Under the pieces are notes generated by a model. The model was not told where the DNA came from and did not search any database. It saw nothing but the letters and a program-made list of their open reading frames with translations. Both the position numbers and the translations under genes were made by a program. This document shows, piece after piece, positions 22,701-35,238 of a DNA stretch of 64,000 nucleotides; the stretch's first letter is position 1; each line of letters begins with the position of its first letter. The DNA lies in assembly GCA_963823665.1 (NCBI GenBank), contig CAWGMQ010000005.1, forward strand, positions 224,001 through 288,000, written 5' to 3'. Source of the DNA: an uncultured Planctomycetota bacterium (lineage in GTDB: Bacteria > Planctomycetota > Planctomycetia > Isosphaerales > Isosphaeraceae).

Positions 22701-25700
22701 CGTCACGATCGGCGGCATCTCGGCCGGCGACCAGAACATCATTTCCGGCAACTCCGGTGCGGGCATCGGGCTCTACGCGGGCACGACCGGCACCCTGGTG
22801 CAAGGCAACCTGATCGGCACCGACGATACCGGCGCAAATCCCCTCGGCAACGCAACCGGCATCCAGCTCGACGGCGGGTCGTCAAACAACACCATCGGCG
22901 GTACCACCTCGGTCGCCGGCAATACCATCGCCTTTTCGGCGGGCATCGGCGTCGATGTCGACGCCACCGCCGGGGCCGGCAACGCGATCCGGCTCAACTC
23001 GATCTTCTCCAACACGGCCCTGGGCATCGACCTGGGCGGAAACGGCGTGACCTTGAACAACTCGGTGCCGCACACCGGGCCCAACGAACACCAGAACTTC
23101 CCCGTCATCAACGCCGTGACGAGCGCAGGAGGCACGACCACCGTAGCCGGCACCTTTAGCAGCACGCCAAGCACAGATTTTGCGATCGACTTTTACACGC
23201 TCTCGTCAACGAACGCGTCGGGCTTTGGCGAGGGGCGGTTCGTCCTCGGCTCGGCGATGCTCGCGACCGACGCTTCGGGCAATGCCACCTTCTCTTTCCC
23301 GTTCCCGACCCCTGCCGGCGGGGCGCAGTTTGTGACGACGACGGCCACGGACCCGAGCGGAAACACTTCGGAATTCTCCCAGGAGTTCGGTATCGACGTC
23401 GCGCCGACGGCGCGGATCAGCTTCACTACCCTGACGGTCAAAGTCGGCGAGCCGGTCAGCTTCGAAGCCTCGGCCTCGACCAGTCCCCTAGGCGACCCCC
23501 TGTCCTACGCCTGGACATTCGGCGATGGAACCGCGGCGACGGGCGCCGCTCCGACCCACACTTATCTGGCGCCCGGGACGGACCACGTCACCTTGACGGT
23601 CAACGACGGCTTTGGCGGGATTTCAACCGCGACGGCCACCATCGCCGTGGTCGACGTGCCGCCGGTTTTCACCCCGAGCTTGTTCACACCGCCGCTCACT
23701 TTCACCACCACCGCGCCCGGCAACGGCTTCGGAACGTCCGTCGCCTCGGTCGACGGCAACGTTGCGATCGGCGCCCCGTCCGCGGATAGCACCGGCGCAG
23801 TCTACCTCTTCGACGGCGTCCCCACCGACGACGGTGTCTCTTCAACCTATGTTTACGGCGCGCTCATTCACACCTTCGCTGACCCGAGCCCCGCGCCTGG
23901 CGACGACTTCGGCGCGTCGCTGGCGGTCGTCGGCAATGAGCTCGTGGTCGGGGCGCCCGGTAGCTCGCGTTCCGGGTCGGGCAACGGCGTGGCCTACGTT
24001 TTCGATGCCAATCCCGACAGCACGACCTTCGGCAATCTCCTGGCAACCCTTTCGATCCCTGACCCCGACGCCCAGGCTCACGCGCAGTTCGGCGCCTCGG
24101 TCGGCACCACCAACACCAATATCGTGATCGGCGCTCCGGGGAAGGACGGCGGCCGGGGCGAGATCTACGAATTCCAGGGCGACACGACCCAGGCGAATTT
24201 CGGCGACTTGCTGCTCAAGGTCGCCAACCCGGGCCCCGCCCCCGGAGCACAGTTCGGCGCGGCCATTGCCGGTCTCGGAGACAACGTGATCGCGGCAGCC
24301 CCCTCGGCCGGCACGCCACAGCCGGGCGCCTTCGGAATGGTCTATCTGTTCGACGGCACGACGGGGTCCCTGCTCAGCTCGATCGCCAACCCCAACGAAT
24401 CGAGCGGCTTCGGCTCGTCGGTTGCGTCCGTCGGGGCCAACATCGTGATCGGTTCGCCGTTCGACGACACCGCGGGCCCGGGCGCCGGCGCCGCGTTCCT
24501 TTACAACGCTTCGGGCGGCTCGCTCACGACGTTCGTCCAGCCCGACGACGGCGGCGGCGGTTTCGGCGCCGCGGTGGCCGGTACGGACAACACGGCCTTG
24601 ATCGGCGCCCCGGGCGCCACGCTCGGCACTCGGTCAGCCGGCGCGGCCTATCTCTTCGATGCCGATCCCACGAGTCCGACATTCGGCCAGGCCATCGCCG
24701 CGGTGCAAGAGCCCACGCCCAGGTCGGGCGACCTGTTCGGTGCCGCTCTCGGCTTTGACTACGGGGCCGTGATCGCCGGCGCTGCGGCCGCCGGAGGCAC
24801 CGGGGCCGAAGCCGTCGATCTGTATCAGCCCGGTGCCCTCGTGAGTGCCTCGTCCGTCACGACCTACGCCGCGGCCGCGCCCTACGACTCGGTGATCCTC
24901 AGCAGCACGTTCATGGATGCCAATCCCAGCGCCGCGCTGACGGCCTCGATCAACTGGGGCGACGGCTCTGTCCCGACCGTGCTCGATCTCCCGGCCGGTT
25001 CCTACGCCTTTTCCGCCCCGCACGACTACACGACCGACGCGGCGGCGCGTTTCAACATCGGCGTGACCTTGACCGACGGCAGCGGCGCATCCGCCTTCGC
25101 CCAGACAACCGTCGCCATCAACGACCCGTCCCCAGAGTTTGCCGCACCCGGCCTTGTCCTCTCGTCATCCAGCATCAATGAGAACGACCCGGTAACGGTC
25201 AGTGGAACCATCTTGAGCCCCAGCGACATCCACACCAACACAGTCGTGGTCGACTGGGGTGACGGATCGACCGACTCCACGATCGTTCTCCCCCCGGGCG
25301 ACGACACATTCAGCGCCCCACACACGTACCTGAATAGCCCGCCTGGCACCGCGTCCGGCAGCTTTGCGATCAACGCTTCGGTGACCAACGAGGAAGGCAA
25401 GGCCGGCACCGCATCGACCAGCATCATCGTCAACAAGGTGCCCCCGCAATTCACCGCGGCGGACATGAGCCTGTCTGAGCCCGTCGCCACCGGGGGTGAC
25501 ACGATCACCCTGGATGGCCAGTTCACGGACCCCGGCACGCTCGAATCGCATACGGTGACGATCAACTGGGGCGACGGCTCGGCGCCGACCGTGCTCCTCG
25601 AGTTGCTCGGCCAGGTCGTCGCCTCGACCGCGCCGGGCCTCTATACCTTCTCGGCCGCGCACCAGTATTTGAACAATCCACCTGGCGCGCTGGCCGAAGC

Positions 25701-28700
25701 GACTGACGACATCCACGTCTCTGTATCAGACGCCGTGAGTACAACGTCGGCCGCCAAGTCCATCGTGGTGAAGAACGCGACTCCCACCGTCCGGATCTCT
25801 AGCGCCGGCTATCTTGGCTCGGCAACGATCGCCCTGACCGCCGTCGTCACCAACCCGGGTGTCCCTGGCACCGAGACCCTGGCCTGGTCGCTGACTCAGA
25901 ACGGCATCGTGATTGCCACGGCGACGACCCCGACGTTCACGTTCGCGGTCCCCGACCCGATCGGAGTGCTGGTGGCAGCCGCCACGGCCACCGACAGCGA
26001 CGGAGGCACCGGCAGCGACAGCGCGCAGATCGTCGTGATCCCCCAGTCCAGTTCTTCAGTGCTCATCACACCAGCCGGCATCTCGATCTCGACCGGCGGG
26101 GGCCCGGCCTCGATCATTCCCACGGCCGGCGCAAACGAGGTCCTCGCCGAGATCGACGGGTCGCACGACCGGGTCGACGCAAGCGCCATGAACGACCCCG
26201 TCGAGCTCGACGGCTACGGCGGCAACGAGACACTCAAGAGCGGTGCGGGAAATGACCTTCTGGTCGCGGGCCCCGGCGCGAACAGCTTGGTCGCCGGCAG
26301 CGGCGCGGACACGCTGGTCTCGAACCAGGGTAACGACTCGCTCTATGGCGGCACCGGCAACGACCTCTTCGTCATCAATCCTGGGCCCGACCCCCTCGTC
26401 GTGGGCGGTACCGCGCAGAACACCCTCGACTTCTCGATCTCCTCCGTCGAGATTTCGATCAACCTCAATCTGGAAAGCGGACAAACACAGTTCGTCGCCT
26501 CGAGCGGAGGAGTCGAATACGTCGTGACCCTCGTGGGCAATTTTGACGGTTTTATTGGCTCGTCGCACGGCGATAACGTCACGCTCAACAACGATAACGA
26601 CCTCGTTTACGCCGGGTCCGGCAACAACACCATCACCGGAGGGGCGGGAAACAGCACGATCATCGGCGGAGCAGGCAACGACCTCATCTATACCACCACC
26701 GGCAACACAACGATCTCCGGAGGCAGCGGTCACGATTCGATCGTCGGCGGCAGCGGCAACGACATCATTTACGGCGGCTCGGGTTCGTTGACCTTGACCA
26801 GCGGCAGCGGCAGCGAATCGATCGTCGGCGGATCGGGTGACGACGTCATCTACGGCGGCTCCGGCAACATCACACTCACGGGCGGCAGCGGCAACAACTC
26901 GATCACCGGCGGCGCGGGCAACGACATCCTCTATGGCGGGTCGGGCAACACGACGCTGACGGGAGGTGGCGGAAACAGCACGATCGTCGGCGGCACCGGC
27001 AACGACATCATCTACGGCGGTGCAAGCTCGAGCAGCTTGTCAGGCGGCTCGGGCAACGTTTCGATCTACGGCGGCTCCGGCAACGACATCATCTACGGCG
27101 GCGCGGGCTCGAACACGATCACCGGCGGCAGCGGCAACGACTCGATCACGGGCGGCTCCGGCAACGACATCATCTATGGCGGCTCAGGCAACACCACGAT
27201 CACAGGCGCCGGCGGCAACGACACGTTGATCGGCGGCACCGGCAACGACGTCATCTTCGGCGGCGCGAGCTCGAACACCTTGACCGGCGGCTCCGGCGGC
27301 GAATCCATCCTGGGCGGCAGCGGCAACGACATCATCTTTGGCGGCGCGGGCGCGAATACGATCACCGGCGGCACCGGCAACGACTCGATCACGGGCGGCA
27401 CCGGCGACAACATCATTTACGGCGGCACCGGCGACACCACGATCATCGGCAGCGCGGGAAACAACACCATCGTCGGCGGATCCGGCAACGACATCATCTA
27501 TATCACCACCCTTAACTCGACGATCTCGAGCGGTGGTGGTCACGATTCGATCACCGGCGGCAGCGGCAACGACATTATCTACGGCGGCGCGGGCTCGAAC
27601 ACGATCACTGGTGGCAGCGGCAACGACTCGATCACCGGCGGCTCCGGCAATGACATCATCTACGGCGGCTCAGGCAACACCACGATCACAGGCGCCGGCG
27701 GCAACGATACCTTGATCGGCGGCTACGGCAACGACTTCATCTACGGCGGCGCGAGCACGAGCACCTTGACCGGCGGCGGTGCCGGTGAATCCATCGTCGG
27801 CGGCAGCGGCAACGATATCATCTACGGCGGCGCGGGCTCGGACACCATCACCGGCGGCTCCGGCAACGACTCAATCACCGGCGGCAGCGGCAATGACACC
27901 ATCTACGGCGGCTCAGGCAACACCACGATCACAGGCGCCGGCGGCAACAACTCGATCACGGGCGGCTCGGGCAACGACATCATCTACGCCATTGCCGGCG
28001 ACAATACCCTCACCGGCGGCTCGGGCGATGACACGATCTTTGGCGGCAGCGCCAATGACACCATCTACGGCGGCACCGGCAACGCCACGATCGTCGGCGG
28101 CCAGGGCTCTGACTCGATCGCCGGCGGCTCGGGCAATGACATCATCTTCGGCGGCACCCTGGCGAGCACCTTGACCGGCGGCAGCGGCAACGACTCGATC
28201 TTCGGCAGCAACGGCAACGACATCATTTACGGCGGCACCGGCAATACCACGATCACCGGCGGCACCGGCAACGACTCGATCACCGGCGGCACCGGCAACG
28301 ACATCATCTACGGTGGGCCAGGATACAACACGATTTCCGGCGGCGGGGGCAACGTCACCATCGTCGGCGGCGTGGGCTACGACTCGAACCTGGGCGGCGG
28401 CACGAGCGACACGATCTTCGCCACCAACGGCAACGACGTGCTCGAGGGTAGCGGCTTCGATTCGTGGCTGATGGATTTTGGCTCGCAGAACATGACGCTC
28501 TCCGACACAACCCTCTCGACCTCCGGCGGGGGCTTGCCCGCGTCGGTCTCGACTCTGAGCGGCTTCCAGAACGTGCTGCTCGCGGCTGGAAGCGGCGACT
28601 TCACTCTCGACGCCTCGGCCTTCTCCGGCGGCGCCATCCTGCAGGGCGGAACCGGCAACGACACCCTGATCGGCTCGCGCGGACCCGACACCCTGGAAGG

Positions 28701-31700
28701 TGGCACCGGCAACGATTCGCTCTCTGGCGGCGGCGGGGGCGATACCTTCGCGTTCAACAGCTATTCGAGCGGCAGCCAGACGATCTACGAGCCCCCGGGA
28801 GGCGCCGCAGCCTGGCTCGACTTCTCCCAGGCCCCCGCCGGAGTCTCGATCAATTTATCCGACTCCGCGCCCCAGGCCGTGATGCCGGCCACGCTGAACA
28901 ACGGCCCGCTCACCCTGACGCTGGCCGACCCGCTCGGCATCGACAACGTGCTGGGAAGCTCATACAACGACACCTTGATCGGCAACGCGAACGACAACAC
29001 CTTGATCGGCGGCGGCGGCGACGACCTGATCGCCGGCCTGGGGGGCAACGACGTCCTCGATGGGGGCGTCACCCGGACGGTCTTCCTCGACTTCAACACC
29101 GACGAGCTCCCCGGCCAGCACGTCTATACCCCGACCGAGCGCGACGAGATCCAGGCCCAGCTCGAGGCCGACTACGCCGACTTCTCCTACACCTTCAGCC
29201 AGACGGCCCCGCAGTCGGGGCCCTATACCACGATCACCTTCAACGACCCGGTGCTGGTCGGCCTCGAAGGAGGAGTCGCCAGCGAGATCGACTGGCGCAA
29301 TCTCGACATCTCGGGCACCGCCACGCTCTCGGCCGCGGGCCTGGTGGTCGTCCCGGCCGATTCCGGCGGGGTGAACGTCAATAACTTCCTGGGCGGGCCC
29401 GGCGAGCCCGCCGCGACGAGCTCCGACTTCGTCGGCCTCTCGGCCACGATCGCCGCCCACGAGCTCGGCCACCTCTCCGGCCTCCAGCACGGCGACTCCT
29501 ACGGACCGATCGGCTCCGGCATCTTTGACGCCGTGAGCCCCGGCCTCTACAATCCGGCTTATCCCGGCCCCACCGATGCGAACGAGACGATCCTGCACAT
29601 CATGGCCTCCGGCGACTCGGTGCACTCGACCCTCTACGACGCGATTAACAACCCGTTCTTCGGCGAGCGCGAAGCGATCAAGCTCGCGTTTGGCGAAGAT
29701 GGTTCACCCACCAACGAACAGCTCGCGCCGCATAACGCGATGATCGATGCCCAGCCGCTGGTGCTTGCGCCCCTGGTCGTGCCCAACACCGACCTCCAGG
29801 GCACAAACGCCGACACGGTCTGGGACGTCACCGCCGCCGATGTCGTCGGCTACCTTGGGGAGACAAACGGAGCATCGAACACCGACTTTTATTCCTTCAC
29901 CGCTAGCGCCGGCACGTTGATCAACTTCCAGCTCATGTCGGTACTCCTCACACGCACCCTGGCGCCTGCCGGCACCGCCCCGAATGACTTTAACCAAGGG
30001 CCTTTCGATACTTACCTGGCGATTTTTAACTCAAGCGGCCAGGTGATCGCCTCGAACGATGACTCGTTTCAGGACGCCGACTCCACGATCATCGACCTGA
30101 CCCTTCCCTACTCCGGCACCTACTACGCGATGGTGACCTCTTCCCCCAAATCGGCATCACTGGGCGAGCCGCTTACCGGAGACTACGAGCTCTTCATGTA
30201 CACCTTCGCCACCGGCAGCGACCCGCCGGCAGGCGACACGATGTACGCCGGCTCCGGCAACGACACGATCATCGCCGGTACGGGCGACGACACCATCGTC
30301 GCCAAGCAACCCCAGGACACGATCCTCTTTGGGTCGGGCGCACCGATCTTCGCGAGCAAGGCCCCCTACCTGGACGTCTCCGCCGGGCCCGACCAGGTCG
30401 TGAATGAGGGCGCCACCGTCAACCTGACCGGCTCATTCATCGACCCCTCCGACACGGACACGCATACCTTCGACTGGCACGTAGTCGCATCGAACGGCCA
30501 GTCCATTCCGGACGGCACTGGCCCCACGTTCTCATTCAGCCCCGGAGACGCCGGGACCTACTCTGTCTCATTCACCGTCTCGGATCAAAACGGCGGCAAG
30601 TCGAGCGCGGTCGTGCAGATCACGTCCAGCGCCGTCCAACCGGTTCTGATCCCCCCTGCCACGCCACAGAATGGCGTTGCGGGGAAGAGCACTCAATTTG
30701 ATCTGGGCGCCCTCACGGTCCAGGGCGTCGGCCCCTTCACGGTGACCGTCCAGTGGGGCGACGGCCAATCGTCGAGCTTCTCCCCCGCGGGCTCCGGCCC
30801 CCTGTCAGCGAGTCATACGTACGGGCAGGAAGGTTCCTACACAGTCACCGAAACGGTCACCGATTTCGACGGTACCTCGACAAGCCTGACCATCCTGGAT
30901 CTGGCTGTGATCGCAGAGTCCCTGACCATCGCCTCGATCGCGACCGTCTCGCCCAACCCGCGGAACACGGCCGTCTCGGGCGTCAGCGTCGCCTTCAGCG
31001 TGCCGATCAATTTGAGCAGCCTGACAGCCGGCGCCTTGACCCTGACGGACAACAACGGGCCCAACCTGATCACGAGCGCCGTCAAGATGAGCCTGGTCTC
31101 GGGCTCGACCTACCAGTTGAGCGGGCTAGGTGCCCTCACCACAAGCAACGGCAACTACACCCTCACCGTGAACGCCGCCGACATCGACGATCAGTACGGC
31201 AACCCCGGGTCGGGAACCTCGTCGACTTCCTGGCTCATGGATACATCCCCCCCGACTAGCAAGGTCAATGCTCTTCCCCAGCGCGGCACCAGCCTCACTT
31301 TCCCCGTATCCGTCACCGGCGCCGACTCGGGCTCGCCGCCCTCCGGCGTCAAGTCCTACGACATTTACTCGAGTACCAACGGCGGCGCCTGGATACTCTG
31401 GACGACCGTCCCTGCCTCCAATCCCACAGCAAACTTGACGGGCCAGAGCAACACAACATACGCCTTCTACAGCATCGCCCACGACCTGGCCGGCAACACG
31501 GAAGTCAAAACACCGACAATCGAGGCCAGCACGTATCTTCCCAACCTGACCCCACCGGTCACCACGGTCGACAGCACCACCGGCGCCAACCCGAGCACAG
31601 TGAATACCGCCACTGGTACATTCACACTGAATCTAAAGGGCAGTGACCCCGGCGGCAGTGTCGTCACCTACTTCGAGGTCTTCGTCTCGATCGACTCCGC

Positions 31701-32484
31701 CCCATACACGCTCGCCACAGAACCCATACCAGCCGGCCCGGCCGACTCCTCCGGAAACGTCCACGCAACAATCCCCTACCAGGGTCTCACCGACGGCGCT
31801 CAGCACACCTACGCCTTTTACAGCATCGGCATCGACGGAGCCGGCAACACCCAGCCTGCCCCGGCAACCCCTGACCTCACGCTCACAGAAACCTTCGCAG
31901 CCGCCTCCCCAGCCCAGCTCCAGACAACCAGCTTGATCGTTGAAGACGGCGCCGTCGAGCGATCCTACATTCGGTACCTCCAAGTCGATTTCAACGAATC
32001 AGACACCCAGTCCGGCGGCGAGCTCACCCAGATCGTCAATTCCCTCAAGACCGCATCACCCGAGATCCAGGTCTATCAGTACGACCTGAACGACGACGCC
32101 TCGAGCAAGACGCCGGTCTCACTCGCCGGCGTGAACGTCTCGGTCATCGACCACGCCATCGAGCTCGACTTCGGCGCAAACGGCCTGGGCGGCAGCCCCA
32201 ACACGACGACCGCCGATGGCTACTACGAGCTCGATATCAAGCTCCCGAACGGAGCGACCGCCGTGCACCACTTCTACCGGCTGCTAGGTGACGTCACGGG
32301 AGACGGTACGGTAGACAACAACGACCTGAACGAAATCGCCGCCGAGATCAATCTCTCAAATCCGACAGGCCTCGCGCCCCTGGACGCAAACGTCAACGGC
32401 GATGGCACTGTGTCTGCGCTCGATTTGACGCTGGCCACCCGGGCGAAGGGGCACAAACTGAAGTCGGGTCTTTCGTTGGGATGA
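13778..32484 (+). CDS. Giant (~6,200 aa) surface/extracellular protein: LEPRxLL-like leader, beta-helix repeats, PKD, FG-GAP, RTX Ca-binding repeats, metzincin motif, PPC-like domain, C-terminal dockerin-like module
   Basis: ORFs 13778..15313 and 15310..32484 join if one G is added to the GGGG run at 15112-15115, and the repeat sequence continues seamlessly across the join. Motifs are read directly from the translation. Confidence 0.9.
14558..19210 (+). repeat. Three diverged copies of a ~0.7 kb beta-helix block, starting near 14558, 17155 and 18448
   Basis: Each copy carries NLIGLNV.S.GQVIDGLG, ALQRNV.SGSY, PNQT(F/Y)DAP and GQDG...DALERNVISG with near-identical DNA stretches. Confidence 0.8.
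26600..28400 (+). repeat. Tandem 27-nt RTX (GGxGND) nonapeptide array with a 243-nt higher-order period
   Basis: The unit NDII(Y/F)GGAG begins at 27082, 27325, 27568 and 27811 (spacing 243 nt = 9 x 27). Confidence 0.9.
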
Positions 32485-32539
32485 TTGAGAGCGCAGACGA
32501 CGTAGCGTTTGACAGCTCGCCGAACGCGATTCGAGCACA

Positions 32540-32827
32540 CTACCAGATCCGCCAGATCTCCCGCTCGCATTCCTCAATCTGGCGCCTTCGCTCTTCGGCT
32601 ACGGCGAGATACGCCTCGGCCTGTCGGAGAGGGTTTCCGCAGGTGCCGAGCGGCCCCACAAGCAACTGATACTCTTGCCGCAGGCGATTCTCTTCTTTCG
32701 AGTACCTGGCGATCCGATCGCGAAGCACAGCGTACCGCCTCCACTTCATGGCCCCCGCGCACAACACCGCAAGGCTCGCGACCACAATCAGCACCGCCCT
32801 CAACCGCCAGCGAGCGAACTTCATCAC
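32540..32827 (-). CDS. Small membrane-anchored hypothetical protein
   Basis: RWRLRAVLIVVASLAVL N-terminal TM segment of a type common in planctomycetes, followed by a charged helical tail. Confidence 0.6.
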   Translation of the reverse strand: MMKFARWRLRAVLIVVASLAVLCAGAMKWRRYAVLRDRIARYSKEENRLRQEYQLLVGPLGTCGNPLRQAEAYLAVAEERRRQIEECEREIWRIW

Positions 32828-32937
32828 ACCTCCTCGAGCAAGCGCTTGGTGGTCAAATCCCCTGCCCGCCTACGATCCGCCATGACTGCATGCCGCGACA
32901 ATCGGACCGGCATCCGAACCGGAACGCTAACGTGGAT

Positions 32938-33444
32938 TCAGGGGACTGCGAGACCGTATCGCGTCAGATCAATCACGGTCTTCGCCCGCTTGTCGTCGCC
33001 GAGCACCAGAAAGCGCGCCGGGCCAGCGTCCAGGATGGGACCTCGGGTTGCGATCAGGATTGGCGAATTGATCTTTGCGCCCGTGAGCCGGAACAGGAGC
33101 CATTTCTCCCGGCCTTCCTTGACGAGCTCGATGACGCATCTCAGCTCGATCGCCGGTAACACTCCGTGTTTTCCTCGCGATTGGGGAGTAAGGATGCCGC
33201 CCACAAGATCTCCGAACTCGTCGAACTCCGGCACATTCGGGTCAAGGATGAGCGTCCCGCGCTTCGCGTCGCTATCGACGAGGAGCCGGATTTGATGGAC
33301 GGGCCGCCGGCTCTCGTCGAGAACCAGCGCGGGCGTGAGCGGCCCCGATTGCAGCTCGACGTTCGGCGCGATCGGCTCCTGAGCGGTCGCTCCGAACGAG
33401 TTGAGCGTGAGGCACGCCGTCGATAGCAAGATCACGTGACCCAT
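32938..33444 (-). CDS. Hypothetical secreted protein
   Basis: Signal-peptide-like start (MGHVILLSTACLTLNSFGATAQ) and protein-like composition. Confidence 0.55.
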   Translation of the reverse strand: MGHVILLSTACLTLNSFGATAQEPIAPNVELQSGPLTPALVLDESRRPVHQIRLLVDSDAKRGTLILDPNVPEFDEFGDLVGGILTPQSRGKHGVLPAIELRCVIELVKEGREKWLLFRLTGAKINSPILIATRGPILDAGPARFLVLGDDKRAKTVIDLTRYGLAVP

Positions 33445-33624
33445 CGGAACGCTCCTGGCGACACCGAGCCTTGTCACGAACCCATTGTAGCGACAGGGTG
33501 ACATTGTCGTCATGTTGGGCTGCGGACGTTACAATCCTCGATTGCCTCCGCGATTTCGGAAAGGACCAGGCGCGTCAACAGGCGAGACGCATCAGTCGGG
33601 CAACGGTGTCGGGCCCGGCTCCCG

Positions 33625-33740
33625 GGGGGTTGGACCAGGCCGGCAAGGCCCTCGGCATGTCTACCGCAACGGCCTACAGGCACTGGAACTACGCTCGCGC
33701 CTGGCTCCATGGCGAGCTTCTCGGAGCCGCAGAGTCGTAA
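33625..33740 (+). pseudogene. C-terminal remnant of a TIGR02999-like ECF sigma factor
   Basis: LDQAGKALGMSTATAYRHWNYARAWLHGEL is the region-4 end of the kinase-associated ECFs. No region 2 is found upstream. Confidence 0.75.
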
Positions 33741-33845
33741 GCAGCGCGCGGTTCTTCTTCATTTTTTCAGGCCGGTTGTGAGAAAAACGCCAGACAGATT
33801 CCGCATTGATCTCCAGAGCGGACTTGTGCCGCGGGAGCCATCATC

Positions 33846-35238
33846 GTGAACGATCCGTGCAATCAAGCCAAATCGATCTTTCTGGCGGCGATTGAAGAAC
33901 ACGCGCCGGAGCAGTGGCCGGGCTTCCTGGACCAAGCCTGTACCGGCGATGTCCGGCTCCGTGCCGAGGTCGAGAAACTGCTGCGTGCGCGCTCTGAGAT
34001 GGGCTCGTTTCACGAGCCGCCGCGGCCAGCCGCGGTCGCCACCGTCGATGCGCCCGTCATCGCGGAGGGCCCCGGCACGACCATCGGTCCCTACAAGCTG
34101 CTGGAACAGATCGGCGAGGGGGGCTTCGGCCTGGTGTTCATGGCCGAGCAGCAGCAGCCGGTGCGCCGCAAGGTGGCCCTCAAGATCCTCAAGCCCGGCA
34201 TGGACACCCGCCAGGTGATCGCCCGCTTCGAGGCCGAGCGCCAGGCCCTGGCGCTCATGGACCATCCCAACATCGCCAAGGTGCTCGATGCCGGTGAGAC
34301 CGGCTCGGGCCGCCCTCACTTCGTCATGGAGCTGGTCAAGGGCGTGCCGATCACCGACTACCGCGATCAGAACCGCCTGGCCACCCGAGAGCGGCTGGCG
34401 CTGTTCACGCACGTATGTCATGCCGTGCAGCACGCGCACCACAAGGGAATCATTCACCGGGACTTGAAGCCCTCGAACGTCATGGTGACGCTGCACGACG
34501 GCGTGCCGGTCGTCAAGGTGATCGACTTCGGCATCGCCAAGGCATTGGGGCAGCAGCTCACGGACAAGACGCTCTTCACCGGCTTCGCGCAACTGGTCGG
34601 CACGCCGATGTACATGAGCCCCGAGCAGGCCCAGTTGAATGGCCTGGACATCGACACGCGCAGCGACATCTACTCGCTGGGCGTGCTGCTGTACGAGCTA
34701 CTCGCGGGGGTCACGCCGTTTGACAGGGAACGGCTGCGCACGGCGGGCCACGACGAAATGAGGCGGATCATCCGGGAAGAGGATCCGCCGGGCCCGAGCA
34801 CCCGTCTGAGCACGCTGGGCCAGGCAGCGGTGACGGTCTCGGCCGAGCGGCAGAGCGATCCCAAGCGGCTGTGCCGGCTCTTGCGTGGCGAGCTGGACTG
34901 GATCGTGATGAAGGCGCTCGACAAGGATCGCAACCGCCGCTACGAGACGGCACAAGGCGGGGCTTCGGCTCACGGCGGCGGCGGCCCTGGTGTTGCTGCT
35001 GGCGGGCGCCGGCGTGAGCTGGGCGCTTCTGGACCAGGCAGCGCGTGGCAAAGAACTGTCCGGTCGCAGGGCCGAGACGGAACAAACCGTGAGCGCGGTG
35101 CTCTTCAAGACGCAGCAGTTGCGCCAGCAGGCTGGCGAGGCGCCCTACGCGACGAGCCAGGAGGCGGACGCCGCCCGGGCGCTGTGGCGCCAGGCGGAAG
35201 CGTTGCTGGACCAAGCGGAGACCGCCTTGAGGACCGGA
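33846..35238 (+). pseudogene. Hanks-type Ser/Thr protein kinase, internally deleted near 34950 and truncated near 35235
   Basis: [21 protein letters not shown] and GTPMYMSPE motifs are intact. After RRYET the frame jumps to the TM segment ([18 protein letters not shown]), then the gene breaks off. Confidence 0.88.

Noticed and set aside
26600..28400. Regular repeats as a CRISPR array
   Set aside because: Repeats are in-frame nonapeptide codons with synonymous variation, no unique spacers and no cas genes.
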